Part shown: in pieces, positions 9,432-19,074 of the stretch
Layout: every line of letters starts with the position of its first letter
Numbering within the stretch: the stretch's first letter is position 1
Virus record (IMG/VR): IMGVR_UViG_3300038520_001382
Coordinates: 1-49,639 of that record
Reading direction: 5' to 3' (one strand)
DNA from: a virus
Lineage: Duplodnaviria; Caudoviricetes
DNA length: 49,639 nt
Position numbers and translations under genes: made by a program
Notes under the pieces: generated by a model
What the model saw: the letters and a program-made list of their open reading frames with translations, nothing else
Database searches by the model: none
What the model was told of the DNA's origin: nothing

Positions 9432-10774
9432 GATGCTCTCCTGTTAGTGTGTAAATCTCGTAAAATGTAGAGGAGTTCTTCCATTTTACCTAGCTTAGTT
9501 TGTAGTTTCTGATATACATCAGTTTCCCAAGTGTTACGAGCCGCGATTTGTATTACCTCAGTTTTATCTGTTTGCCCAGCTCTGTAAATACGTCTATTAA
9601 ATTGCTGATAATGTTCAGCATTATATGTTGGACTAGCCCAAATAATTGTTTTTGCTTTTGTCATAGTAAGACCATGTCCTGCACTTTGCGGATGACAGAA
9701 GACGCACTGTATCTGTCCAGCCTGTAATCTGTCTACTATTTCTTTCCGTTTTGGTACAGGAGTTGTGCCGTCAATAGTTGCATGAGATATTTTTAATTTA
9801 TCAGCAAGTTGTTCCATATGTTCACGTTCATGCCTCCAGTTAAAAGCAACAAGAGAATTTTTACGTTGTGAAACTAGTTGCATAACTAAATCATAACGCT
9901 CTGAATGGATACCTTCTACATGTCCTGTAGAATCATATATAGCTCCTGTACATAACTGTAATAATTTTTTGACTTTTGCTCCAGCGTGTATGGCTGATAT
10001 AGTAGTAGTGCCTGTATATAGTACGTTGTCCTGCGATAGCATCAGGTATTGTTGGTGTATCTTCTTAGGTAGATCAACGTACATAGTATGTATAGATTGT
10101 TCTGGCATATCTAAACAATCTTCTAATTCATACCTAATGTTAATATCGCTTATTGCATTACTTACTTGTTCTACTGCATTTTCTTTGTCTACCCATTCAT
10201 TACAAAAACCATTGAAGCGTGATGTACACACCGTGTTTCTGAAAGAATAAAACTTATGTCCTAAGCGTTCTCCATCATCTACTAACAATGTAGGATGCCA
10301 TATGTCCAAAATAGTATTGCTGTTGGGTGTACCCGACATAGCGATTCTATAGTCAAACTTAGGTGCTATTTTTAATGCTGCTTTTGATCTTTGGCTATCT
10401 TTGTTTTTAAATGCTGTAAACTCATCAATAACTAATGTATTAAAAGTATCTAGCACATTAATATTTGATGCTAACCATTTTACTGCGTCATGATTTGTAA
10501 TAACTATGTCTGTATCTTCTGCAAAAGCTTTGGCTCTATTTTTAGCAAAAGCTACAGAGTAAGTTAATTGAGGTTGAAATTTTTTAATGTCATCTACCCA
10601 AGAACTTTCGAGAATAGATAAGGGAGCAATCACCAAGGTACGGGCATCATGGTTCACTATTGCATCTAAAACAGAACGTGTTTTACCTGTACCTGGATCT
10701 GATGTTATTAAACAACGAGGAGTTATATTAATAAAATCAGTGGTAGTTTTTTGATGTTCAAATGGTTCTAACAT
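9428..10774 (-). CDS. SNF2-family (SF2) helicase
   Basis: HQ motif, PGTGKT, VIDE, SGTP, SAGHGL and Q..RIYRAGQ. Start taken at MLEP, with AAGGAGG RBS. Confidence 0.92.
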   Translation of the reverse strand: MLEPFEHQKTTTDFINITPRCLITSDPGTGKTRSVLDAIVNHDARTLVIAPLSILESSWVDDIKKFQPQLTYSVAFAKNRAKAFAEDTDIVITNHDAVKWLASNINVLDTFNTLVIDEFTAFKNKDSQRSKAALKIAPKFDYRIAMSGTPNSNTILDIWHPTLLVDDGERLGHKFYSFRNTVCTSRFNGFCNEWVDKENAVEQVSNAISDINIRYELEDCLDMPEQSIHTMYVDLPKKIHQQYLMLSQDNVLYTGTTTISAIHAGAKVKKLLQLCTGAIYDSTGHVEGIHSERYDLVMQLVSQRKNSLVAFNWRHEREHMEQLADKLKISHATIDGTTPVPKRKEIVDRLQAGQIQCVFCHPQSAGHGLTMTKAKTIIWASPTYNAEHYQQFNRRIYRAGQTDKTEVIQIAARNTWETDVYQKLQTKLGKMEELLYILRDLHTNRRAS

Positions 10775-10825
10775 ATTGGTAATCCTCCTTGATTGCCAGA
10801 ATAATACCACAAAATGGTTTATTTT

Positions 10826-11023
10826 TCAATTTGAATTATTTTTGATTGAGTTGAATATTTCTTTTCTAAGTTGTGCTCGATACATAGCAGGGCCACATTT
10901 TGTTTTAAGTTTTATATGGGCTAATTTTAATCTGTATGTTGACCAGTACATAGCTTCGGGAGGGTCAGTTTGCAAGTAGTATTCAATTTTTTCTCCATCA
11001 TCTGTTTCATAAAACATATTCAT
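10826..11023 (-). CDS. Hypothetical protein
   Basis: 65-aa ORF co-oriented in the operon, GGAG upstream. Confidence 0.6.
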   Translation of the reverse strand: MNMFYETDDGEKIEYYLQTDPPEAMYWSTYRLKLAHIKLKTKCGPAMYRAQLRKEIFNSIKNNSN

Positions 11024-11133
11024 TTTTTTTCTCCGTCCTGATCTGTATCTTCTTTTTTCTTTTGTTCTTGGTGATATTTAAATAAATTTAAAATTTCTAA
11101 AAATGTTAGAACACGTATTATCCATAAAAGCAT
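11020..11133 (-). CDS. 37-aa small membrane-anchored peptide (not in ORF track)
   Basis: AAGGA RBS; MLLWIIRVLTFLEILNLFKYHQEQKKKEDTDQDGEKK; stop overlaps the next ATG (ATGA). Confidence 0.5.
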   Translation of the reverse strand: MLLWIIRVLTFLEILNLFKYHQEQKKKEDTDQDGEKK

Positions 11134-11148
11134 GTTATATCCTTATGT

Positions 11149-11184
11149 AAAAAAAGCCCCTTTGAATGAAGAAACAAAGAGGCT
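11149..11184 (-). terminator. Rho-independent terminator
   Basis: 10-bp stem 11155-64/11175-84 (one G-U on the minus strand) followed by a U-run. Confidence 0.65.
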
Positions 11185-11218
11185 AAAAGTGCGTTTTGCA
11201 CTTAGGGGGTTTTTAAAT

Positions 11219-11968
11219 TTATGAGACTCCCCAATAACAAGCAGGTTCGTCTCCGTTTTTGTATGAACACCATCTACAATTGTACTTGCTTGGTTTTGGT
11301 TCAAAATCAGTTGCAGTAGTCATAATTATTCCTCGTTTATGCCAACTAGGTAAGAATTGCATAGCTTGGTCGCGAGTGTAACTTTTTATAGTTGTTTCAC
11401 CTTTATCTAAATACCAAAACTCAGTTTGTGCATATTGTAAATGTGGGTATCTTTGAAAAGTACCTATAGCATACAATAACCCTTGTTGGCTATGTGGTAT
11501 TTCATTACCAAACTTTTTACCTGTTTTATAATCAATTACTCTAACACTTGTTTCATCTTCATGTACTAAAGCATCTAATTTAATTCTAGCCCATGTAGTA
11601 GGGCCGATCCATGCTACAGGGTTCCAATCTAAATCAAATCCCCACTCACCTTCTAGTTCAACTTTTGCTTCTGCAAAAAGTTCTTTTAGTTTTTCAAATT
11701 CAGATTGAAATTTTATAAGTGACATAGGAAGACTCTCTAGTTTAGCAGCTACAAAGTCTTCTGCTTCTTGGTGAATTACAGAGCCACGTTCTGCGGCAGG
11801 GCCAGCAGGTTCAGGTATGTATTTTACTTTTGCAATATATGATCTATATGGACATTCTTCAAATACTTTCAAAGCTGAATATGACCAAGCACGTATAGGG
11901 CCGAGTGTTTCAGGCCTATCTAAAGGTTTATTTTGTCCAGGTATTACATCTGCTGTTAGTTTTACCAT
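11219..11968 (-). CDS. Cas4/RecB-like PD-(D/E)xK exonuclease
   Basis: SYS..ECP, GSVIH, LD..VIDYKTG, Q..LY and C-terminal CRWC..C (four Cys, Fe-S type). Confidence 0.88.
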   Translation of the reverse strand: MVKLTADVIPGQNKPLDRPETLGPIRAWSYSALKVFEECPYRSYIAKVKYIPEPAGPAAERGSVIHQEAEDFVAAKLESLPMSLIKFQSEFEKLKELFAEAKVELEGEWGFDLDWNPVAWIGPTTWARIKLDALVHEDETSVRVIDYKTGKKFGNEIPHSQQGLLYAIGTFQRYPHLQYAQTEFWYLDKGETTIKSYTRDQAMQFLPSWHKRGIIMTTATDFEPKPSKYNCRWCSYKNGDEPACYWGVS

Positions 11969-11994
11969 AAATACATAGTATCATTCAGGAGATA

Positions 11995-14532
11995 TTAAGA
12001 CAAAAGTAACTTTTTATCACTTTCAGAGAAATATTGATCACGCATTTGTTTTAATTCTAAGTCATTTGTATTCCATGTGGTTACAACACCACGTATTTGA
12101 TTTGTTTCACGTGACGAATTATATGGTCTTTTACGTTCTGGATTTATATTAAACCTAGCCATTCTTTTATGAAACTCTCTTTGAGACAAACGAGGATTTT
12201 GTTCAGTAATAATATGATATACAGTTCGTAAATGTTCCATAGGAATAACATGGTATTCATCTAAACCAGTTGCTATCCAAGATTTTACAAACCTTTGTGC
12301 GGCATCAATCTCAGCTGCATTCATTACATTAGATGGGTTTATGTCAAGTAAATCGACAAAATAAGATAACTGTCCTTGTAATATAGCAGAACAAAATTCT
12401 TCAAATACTGACATAGAAACATGTCTCATAGTATTTTTAGCTGTATTATCATAAGAACTTGTAAGTATTTGTTTATCTACTTTATAGTCTTTAAGAATAC
12501 CTGAGAAAAAATAAAGTTCTTTTTCTATTTTGTTTGAATCAAGCTGTTTAGTTAATTCTGGATACTTATCAACAATACGCTGTTCCTGGCGAGGAGCTAT
12601 GTTGTATCTTCTATCCCCTTGATCAAGGTTAATTGCATCAACTCTGTTAGTTAAAAAGATATAATTAACATAACTTTTTGGTTCACTAGCATTTTGATAC
12701 ATTTCTCTTATATTAACGGTTGCTTCAGTTATATTGCTTTTTAATTGATCTGCTATCTTTTGAACGCTTGCACTAGATGAAGCCATATGAAACTCATCAA
12801 CTATAAGAAATAAAGCATCTCTCATATAACCATTGTATTTTTCATCAATATTTACAAGGGTTTTCATTGGAACATGGTTTTTTCCGAATAACGGTCGTAA
12901 TATTTTGCTATAAAAAATACCTTTACCAGTTCCTTGAACGCCTTGTAATACCCAACAAGTTCCTGATTTATTTCTTGTTTGATATATGTATGCTAACCAA
13001 TTTATAAATCTTTCAAATTCTTCATCACCATTACCTAACATATGGTATATAACTTTATAAACTATAGGACAATTATTTGAAATATGTTTAGTGCTATAAC
13101 CTAATGAAAGAGGTAAATTCTGTTCTAATAAAGGTTCTTTAGGTTGTTTTATATATTTAGTAGTTTGATATGTGTTTACATAGTAAGGGGTTTTATCAAA
13201 ATCTAAACAATCTTCTGTACTTGTTGGATCAAAAATAACTCTACCATCGGGTATATAATCAGGAGAAATTTTTCCATGATTCATAAAAAAATCATCAATA
13301 TTTTGTTTTTTAATTTTTGTAAGAGGAAAGTCTTTATCAAATTCTCCAATATTGGGATCATAAACACCATTGAAAAATGTATCTGTTTCATAGTCTCTTA
13401 AAACAATAGGAATTTTTCGTTGTCCGATATCTTTTAATTTTTCTTCAAATTTGTCTTGTAAAGATAAATAAAATTCTTGATCTGCTTTTTCTATTTCAAA
13501 TATAGGTTCACCTTTAAAGTTGTACATGTATATAGGTGAACGCATATTAAAGTAATAAGCACAAGAATCTCCCCCATTTATATTGCATCTTATATAAGGA
13601 AAGTTTGAATCATCTACAATGGTTATTGACATCTTATCTGGATTAGTAAGTATCTCTACGCTTTCATTGTCTATAGTAGTGATTCTAGTTTTTAATTGTT
13701 TCTTACTAAATCCAAAACTTTCTCTTAGTTTATCTTTATGTTTTTGTGCTTTTTCAAAACATTTTTGTGGGGAGATGTTACGCATAAGCGCAGCCAAATC
13801 AAATGTATCTTCTGAACGCTGTACTTTTATTATGCGATCATCATTTGTTTTGAAAGGATTAAACTCTGGTTGATTAAATGTAGGTGGGGCTATAAATATT
13901 ATTTTAGAATTATCTGCAACTGATAAGTCTAAAGGGTATCGTAGCGATTGTCCGTTTACACTAAGAGATAGTTGCTCACTAAATACATCAGATTCAAAAT
14001 TTATATCTTGTAACCATAATTTAATTGATTTTGTAGGCATAGCTACACTAAGTAACATAAATATATGCAATGAAATTTTGTCAGACTTTAAACCCAATGA
14101 TGCACTTGCTTGTGCAATATAAGAAACATTTTTTAATTCTATTGGTAGTTCATCAATAACTTGGTTTGCTAAAAATGTAACATCTTTTTTTGTTAATTTT
14201 TTAGCAGTAAAGTTTATTGATTTAGGAAGTTTTACACCATCTACATCTAAGACTAATAAATTAGTAGTTTCTGTTTTTGATGTTTGTCCTGCTCTTGATT
14301 CATTTACTAATGGTTTTTTTAAATTACCTTTTAGTAAACAATGACCTTTTTTTGAATGTTCTCTAATTAAATTTTCAAGTCTAGTAAGACCTTTTGCATC
14401 TAATGAGATGTTGTATTGGTGTGAAGTTACTGATTTTACATGTGGATAATTGTTGAATCCGTTTTTTTCATCATAATTTTTACTTAGTGAGAGGCCGTTT
14501 TGCGATTCTAAAAACGTGATTTGCATAGTCAT
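11995..14532 (-). CDS. Primase-helicase (AEP-like N-terminus, SF3/NrS-1-type helicase C-terminus)
   Basis: LVLDVDG and SLH primase-like motifs; GVQGTGKG Walker A, IVDE Walker B, LTN, and DRRY arginine finger. Confidence 0.8.
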   Translation of the reverse strand: MTMQITFLESQNGLSLSKNYDEKNGFNNYPHVKSVTSHQYNISLDAKGLTRLENLIREHSKKGHCLLKGNLKKPLVNESRAGQTSKTETTNLLVLDVDGVKLPKSINFTAKKLTKKDVTFLANQVIDELPIELKNVSYIAQASASLGLKSDKISLHIFMLLSVAMPTKSIKLWLQDINFESDVFSEQLSLSVNGQSLRYPLDLSVADNSKIIFIAPPTFNQPEFNPFKTNDDRIIKVQRSEDTFDLAALMRNISPQKCFEKAQKHKDKLRESFGFSKKQLKTRITTIDNESVEILTNPDKMSITIVDDSNFPYIRCNINGGDSCAYYFNMRSPIYMYNFKGEPIFEIEKADQEFYLSLQDKFEEKLKDIGQRKIPIVLRDYETDTFFNGVYDPNIGEFDKDFPLTKIKKQNIDDFFMNHGKISPDYIPDGRVIFDPTSTEDCLDFDKTPYYVNTYQTTKYIKQPKEPLLEQNLPLSLGYSTKHISNNCPIVYKVIYHMLGNGDEEFERFINWLAYIYQTRNKSGTCWVLQGVQGTGKGIFYSKILRPLFGKNHVPMKTLVNIDEKYNGYMRDALFLIVDEFHMASSSASVQKIADQLKSNITEATVNIREMYQNASEPKSYVNYIFLTNRVDAINLDQGDRRYNIAPRQEQRIVDKYPELTKQLDSNKIEKELYFFSGILKDYKVDKQILTSSYDNTAKNTMRHVSMSVFEEFCSAILQGQLSYFVDLLDINPSNVMNAAEIDAAQRFVKSWIATGLDEYHVIPMEHLRTVYHIITEQNPRLSQREFHKRMARFNINPERKRPYNSSRETNQIRGVVTTWNTNDLELKQMRDQYFSESDKKLLLS

Positions 14533-14570
14533 CCTCCCTGATAAATGAGATACATAAGAGTTTCTCTAAA

Positions 14571-14753
14571 TTATTTTGATTTTTTATATATTTCTTTTCT
14601 ATCGATTTTTATTTTTTCGTCAGCATCGAATGACAGACGTACTTGTTTACCATCTATCTTTGAAACTTTTATAGAGCACAAAACTTCATCTTCATTTGAT
14701 CGGTAAACTACAATTTCTTCATCTAATTTTCTTGTTAGAACAAGTCTAGACAT
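14571..14753 (-). CDS. csrA: Carbon storage regulator CsrA/RsmA homologue
   Basis: LVLTRKLDEEI...IKV..IDGKQVRLSFDA..IKIDRKEIY aligns with CsrA MLILTRRVGE...VKGNQVRIGVNAP..VHREEIY. Confidence 0.8.
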   Translation of the reverse strand: MSRLVLTRKLDEEIVVYRSNEDEVLCSIKVSKIDGKQVRLSFDADEKIKIDRKEIYKKSK

Positions 14754-14754
14754 A

Positions 14755-16554
14755 TCATTTGGCGTAATAAGCACCGTAAGTTCCTTCTGCATCTAGGGGC
14801 AAGTCCGTTGCCCATTCTGGTGATATACACATATCGGTTATCATTTTGGACATTGTATCACTAGGATTGTCGCTAGTGCCACTAATTATTATTTCATCAT
14901 GGACTTGTAAAGCAACTTGAAAGCTTTTACTAAGTCTTAACATACTATCTGTAATAACAATTCGTGATAATGCTTGAATTACATTCTCTGTAATACGGCC
15001 GCCATAAGTGTATTCTATTTTGTTACGAGACTCGTAAATAAGACCTTGTGAAGCATATCTAAGGTTATGATAACGAAGAGCCATTTTATTAGGTAGAATT
15101 ATTGAAGAGTCGCCAACAATTAGTGGGCCATAAACATTACCAAAATTTTGTTTGTGTAAAGTTTGTTTTAGTAGAGTCTCTAATCTACCCCAAAGCATAG
15201 GTATTCTAGGGTATGTCTGACGATAAGTTCTTACAATAGAAGAGGACTCTTCAAGGGTGAAATGCACAGCAGGGCCAGCTGCTCCACTTCCTAATGCATC
15301 TTTAAACTTTTGACCGCCCATGCCATAACCAAGACCTAGAATACACATTTTTCCAACAAATCTTTCAATAGGATCATTTGTTTTATCTATAGGTCTTCCG
15401 TAAACGATAGATGCAAACTTAGAATAAACATCTTCACCATTTGAAAATTCATAGAGAAGACTACTTTCTCCAGCGAGCCAGGCGAGCATCCGTGCTTCAA
15501 TGTTAGATAAGTCTGCAACATAAAGCAGGGAACCTGGAGCAGCAGCAATGCATCTTCTTAGTTCACCGCCTCTAGGTAAATTTTGCATGTTTAGCTTTTC
15601 AGTGCCTCCAAATCTACCTGTATGTGCGGCATAATATCTAAGTGGAACTGGTAATGAGTTGTCTGGTAATGCGGAATCAAGAAATCTTTTAGCACGAGTT
15701 TCTGTTAATCTGCTTTTAACTGCAATACGTGCATCCCATATATGTTGCAGCTCAGGATGCATCTTCTGCATTTGTTTAAAAGCCGCATCGTTTTTACCAA
15801 GTGCTGGTATTTGTTCTCCTGTTGTTGGAGACTTTTTAGTTGGTGGTGTAATAAGTAAAACATCTTCGATATATTTCGAAAACTGTTGATTGCTAGATAA
15901 TATTTTTCTATCTATTCCTGAGTTCTCAATAAGCTTTTCAGCTTTTTCATATTCGTTTTTGTGATATTCAGTAAGTCGTTCTCTGTCAATATGTAAAGTT
16001 GGTTCACAAAACATTTTACAAGTTAGATTAATCAAATCCATTTCAGAATGTGGCATATCACATAACATCTGTTTCCATATAAGATAAGTAAGTTCAACGT
16101 CTTGAATACAATATTTACCAATCTCTTCATCTAAGTCGGGTGGTAAATCTACTATGCCTTTAGCATTTACAAGTTCTTCACCTTTTCGTTTAGATTCATC
16201 GTTAGGAAAAAGTCTAATTGCACAATCACGAAGACGTGCCGATTGACCTGGGTACAATCCGCGTGACATGGCGGCTGTATCAACATAGTAATTAGGTATA
16301 AGTTTGTAATATTGAGTTAGTATAAAAGCATCAAAAGGTGTATTGTGACAGATAAGCATAACGCTTTCCCAGGGGATCTCCCTGAGTGCATCTTCTACTT
16401 CATCCTCGGTATACCATTGTGCTGGCCCATGTTCTATCTTGATACCAACCCCCCAAACTTTGAAGCGTTCATCCTGAACATACTCCATAGTAGTCATTTT
16501 GTTTAGGGAGAACTTGGTATCAAAATAAGTCTCAAAATCTAGAGTAACTAACAT
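14755..16554 (-). CDS. polA: Family A DNA polymerase with 3'-5' exonuclease (Leu762 type)
   Basis: Exo I DFET, HN..FD, YC..DV; TGR; motif A DLSNIEAR; motif B RFVGKMCILGLGYG; motif C VHDE. Confidence 0.95.
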   Translation of the reverse strand: MLVTLDFETYFDTKFSLNKMTTMEYVQDERFKVWGVGIKIEHGPAQWYTEDEVEDALREIPWESVMLICHNTPFDAFILTQYYKLIPNYYVDTAAMSRGLYPGQSARLRDCAIRLFPNDESKRKGEELVNAKGIVDLPPDLDEEIGKYCIQDVELTYLIWKQMLCDMPHSEMDLINLTCKMFCEPTLHIDRERLTEYHKNEYEKAEKLIENSGIDRKILSSNQQFSKYIEDVLLITPPTKKSPTTGEQIPALGKNDAAFKQMQKMHPELQHIWDARIAVKSRLTETRAKRFLDSALPDNSLPVPLRYYAAHTGRFGGTEKLNMQNLPRGGELRRCIAAAPGSLLYVADLSNIEARMLAWLAGESSLLYEFSNGEDVYSKFASIVYGRPIDKTNDPIERFVGKMCILGLGYGMGGQKFKDALGSGAAGPAVHFTLEESSSIVRTYRQTYPRIPMLWGRLETLLKQTLHKQNFGNVYGPLIVGDSSIILPNKMALRYHNLRYASQGLIYESRNKIEYTYGGRITENVIQALSRIVITDSMLRLSKSFQVALQVHDEIIISGTSDNPSDTMSKMITDMCISPEWATDLPLDAEGTYGAYYAK

Positions 16555-16784
16555 CAGAAATCTATATCGTCAAAAGACAGTTGAATCTGCTTATTAGTAT
16601 CATGATCATTAATCGCATACTGTGCCATAATTTCACCTTCAATGTTTTGATAACGAGATGCAAGGTCTGCATAAATTTCTGGCATACGTGATCTAACCCA
16701 TACAGTTGTAAATGTATGGAACTCTGGATGTATGTTATCGCTGTCTAGTTTGTTTAGATTTTTAAAATACTCTTTAACGTCCAT
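16554..16784 (-). CDS. Hypothetical protein
   Basis: GGAGG RBS; stop overlaps the polA start. Confidence 0.7.
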   Translation of the reverse strand: MDVKEYFKNLNKLDSDNIHPEFHTFTTVWVRSRMPEIYADLASRYQNIEGEIMAQYAINDHDTNKQIQLSFDDIDF

Positions 16785-16966
16785 GTTTTTCCATCCTCCT
16801 GATAGTACATTTTTTGTTTGAATGTGTGGTTATTGTTTAATTGTTGTTTTTTCCATGCTTTTTGGCTTTTAGATAAATTCTTAAAAGCGGGTGAGGTTTT
16901 GGTTTGTATACGTCTTCCTCTTCTATCTTTTTTAAGTTGCATTAAATCATATTTAGTAAGTATCAT
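16754..16966 (-). CDS. Hypothetical basic protein
   Basis: ATGA coupling with the DUF3310 gene. Confidence 0.55.
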   Translation of the reverse strand: MILTKYDLMQLKKDRRGRRIQTKTSPAFKNLSKSQKAWKKQQLNNNHTFKQKMYYQEDGKTWTLKSILKI

Positions 16967-17256
16967 GATTGTAACTCTATTAACTTATCAAGATACCAAC
17001 GAGCTTTTTTAAGGTCGTCAATGGGGAAGGCATCATGCTTCAGTCTCCATCTATGCATGTATTTTTTGACATTTCCTTCACAATAATAACTAGCTCCTTC
17101 TTTTCCCATATTATCAATTAAGTATTCAATACATTCTATTGAACCATTGTTGTAATGAGGAGGGCTGTTTATTTTTAAAGTAATAGAAGGCTTGTTGCCT
17201 AATGCATCCCATTCTTCTGGGGTAGCATCGTCAATAGACATTCTTTTTTTCGGCAT
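16963..17256 (-). CDS. DUF3310 / T7 gp1.7-like nucleotide kinase domain protein
   Basis: INSPPHY...IECIE...GNVKKY..R..K...DLKKARWYL signature. Confidence 0.85.
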   Translation of the reverse strand: MPKKRMSIDDATPEEWDALGNKPSITLKINSPPHYNNGSIECIEYLIDNMGKEGASYYCEGNVKKYMHRWRLKHDAFPIDDLKKARWYLDKLIELQS

Positions 17257-17301
17257 AGCATCACTCCATGTTGCTAACAAATAATAACAGTAATGCTAAA
17301 A

Positions 17302-18393
17302 CTAATCCAGAGTAACTCGACAATATTGACCCCAAGGTGGTTCTTCATCCGTAGTTGCACACCAAAGAACTGGGTAAGAACGTGGATCTCCGAAAGTACC
17401 ATACATGTCAGTAAGATACAAAACTGCATCAACGTCCTGACAGTTTTCATCGATCCAATCAAAAGCGGGGTAGAATTCAGTTCCGCCTCCACCATGTAGC
17501 GATGGTATTGGAAACTCATCATATCTATCGACTTCATAAACATGCTGAACGTCAGTATCGCAATGGATAATTGTAATCTTTTCAGGACGTAATTCATGAT
17601 GTATTGATTTCATTTCTGACATGAATACATCATATTCTTCAACACAAGAACCACTTGTATCTACAATAAGAACAAAATGTCCTGCCCCTTCTACATATAA
17701 AGAAGGAAGATACTCATCTTCAGAAATGTAAGCTCTGTTTGGTTTTCGCCATGAATAGTCATCATTTACCAAAGATGTACAAAAAGGCCATAAGACAGAT
17801 CGCCAAGGCACGACAGGTTTTATAATTTTACCGAGATGTTTTTCAAGATTTCCTGGCATTTTGCCTTGTTGTTTAGCAACAGATATAGCTTGGTTAACTG
17901 CGACTTGCCATTCAGATTCTGTTGATGCAGATGAACCGCTTTCAGAACCGTTAGGGGAATCAAGCACCAATCCCCAGGGACACTGCTTTGCATCTTCTTG
18001 AGGTAACTTGTTGTAAATAGCATCTGCTGTCATGTCTTTGTAATCAGGGTCAAGTAAACCGCCTTTGGGTAAAATAAAATGACACTCGTTTACAAGATGC
18101 CAATTAATAGCGTAATCACAAGCAATATTCCATAGCTTTGCTATTCGATGGTTTCTTCTTGTCATATGATTCCAAACACAATGAAATACTTCATGTGCAA
18201 TCAAACCTTTTATTTCTTGAGAAGTTAGCTTGTCTATAAACTTCGGTGCATAAAAAAGATGCACACCATCGGTAGCAGCGGTGCGTACATCTTCTTTAGC
18301 AACTAGTTTTAGTTTTAATGCTAGAACACCGAAGAATGGATTTTCCATAAGCAACTGTGCTCTAGCTTTTAGCATTTTGCTTTCGGCAGACAT
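17302..18393 (-). CDS. Metallopeptidase-like plus VWA-domain protein (DUF2201 type)
   Basis: TAATDG, AHEVFH (HExxH), WNIACDYAIN, VDTSGS MIDAS, GGGGT.F, YLTD.YG. Confidence 0.9.
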   Translation of the reverse strand: MSAESKMLKARAQLLMENPFFGVLALKLKLVAKEDVRTAATDGVHLFYAPKFIDKLTSQEIKGLIAHEVFHCVWNHMTRRNHRIAKLWNIACDYAINWHLVNECHFILPKGGLLDPDYKDMTADAIYNKLPQEDAKQCPWGLVLDSPNGSESGSSASTESEWQVAVNQAISVAKQQGKMPGNLEKHLGKIIKPVVPWRSVLWPFCTSLVNDDYSWRKPNRAYISEDEYLPSLYVEGAGHFVLIVDTSGSCVEEYDVFMSEMKSIHHELRPEKITIIHCDTDVQHVYEVDRYDEFPIPSLHGGGGTEFYPAFDWIDENCQDVDAVLYLTDMYGTFGDPRSYPVLWCATTDEEPPWGQYCRVTLD

Positions 18394-18395
18394 AA

Positions 18396-19061
18396 TTAGT
18401 CTCCTAGTAATTTACTTGTCAAAGCAACTTGTTTTGTTAGTGAAGAATCAAATTCAATATCTTCTTCAATTTGTTGAGCAACTTTTGCACGAGTCATTTT
18501 GACATGCATCGCTTGTATTTTTTCTGGTGGAACAAAAGTTTCCATAGATGGTTCAACATCTAACATTCTATGTACAGTTGTACATTTACTAGTAAGATCA
18601 TAAATACCATTTCTGTAAGACTCGCGGGAGTAGTTTCTCGTTTCTTTTTGAGCTTTAAAAACTTTATATTCATCAAGTACTTGTGCAGATAAGCTAGAAT
18701 CTACTTGATCAAGATTGATTTCTGGTTTGTCGGAATAATAACCGTCATAACTTTGACTTGGGTGGAAAGCTACAAAATTAAGGTCTTCCAAAGTAAAAGA
18801 TTCTTCTCCCATAACAACAACTAACTTACTGGCTGTTGATTCTACTATATTGTCATTTTTATTAGGTGCGGGTAAAATTTTTTCTCTTGCTTTTTTTGTT
18901 TCTAACCAAAACTTTTGAAGAGGTGAATTTTGATACGCTTTAATAATTTTATCCGCAAAACCAGTATTAAACTCTACTTCTGGATTAGCTTTATCAAAAG
19001 CTCTCATTGCGTTTCTTCTAATTTCTTGACGTAATATTCCTGTCATTCTTACACTTGCCAT
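18396..19061 (-). CDS. Hypothetical protein between the AAA ATPase and VWA genes (possibly Nmad5-like)
   Basis: AAGGAGG RBS; MASVRMT..LR.EI N-terminus. Family guess is weak. Confidence 0.6.
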   Translation of the reverse strand: MASVRMTGILRQEIRRNAMRAFDKANPEVEFNTGFADKIIKAYQNSPLQKFWLETKKAREKILPAPNKNDNIVESTASKLVVVMGEESFTLEDLNFVAFHPSQSYDGYYSDKPEINLDQVDSSLSAQVLDEYKVFKAQKETRNYSRESYRNGIYDLTSKCTTVHRMLDVEPSMETFVPPEKIQAMHVKMTRAKVAQQIEEDIEFDSSLTKQVALTSKLLGD

Positions 19062-19074
19062 AGTTACTTCCTCC

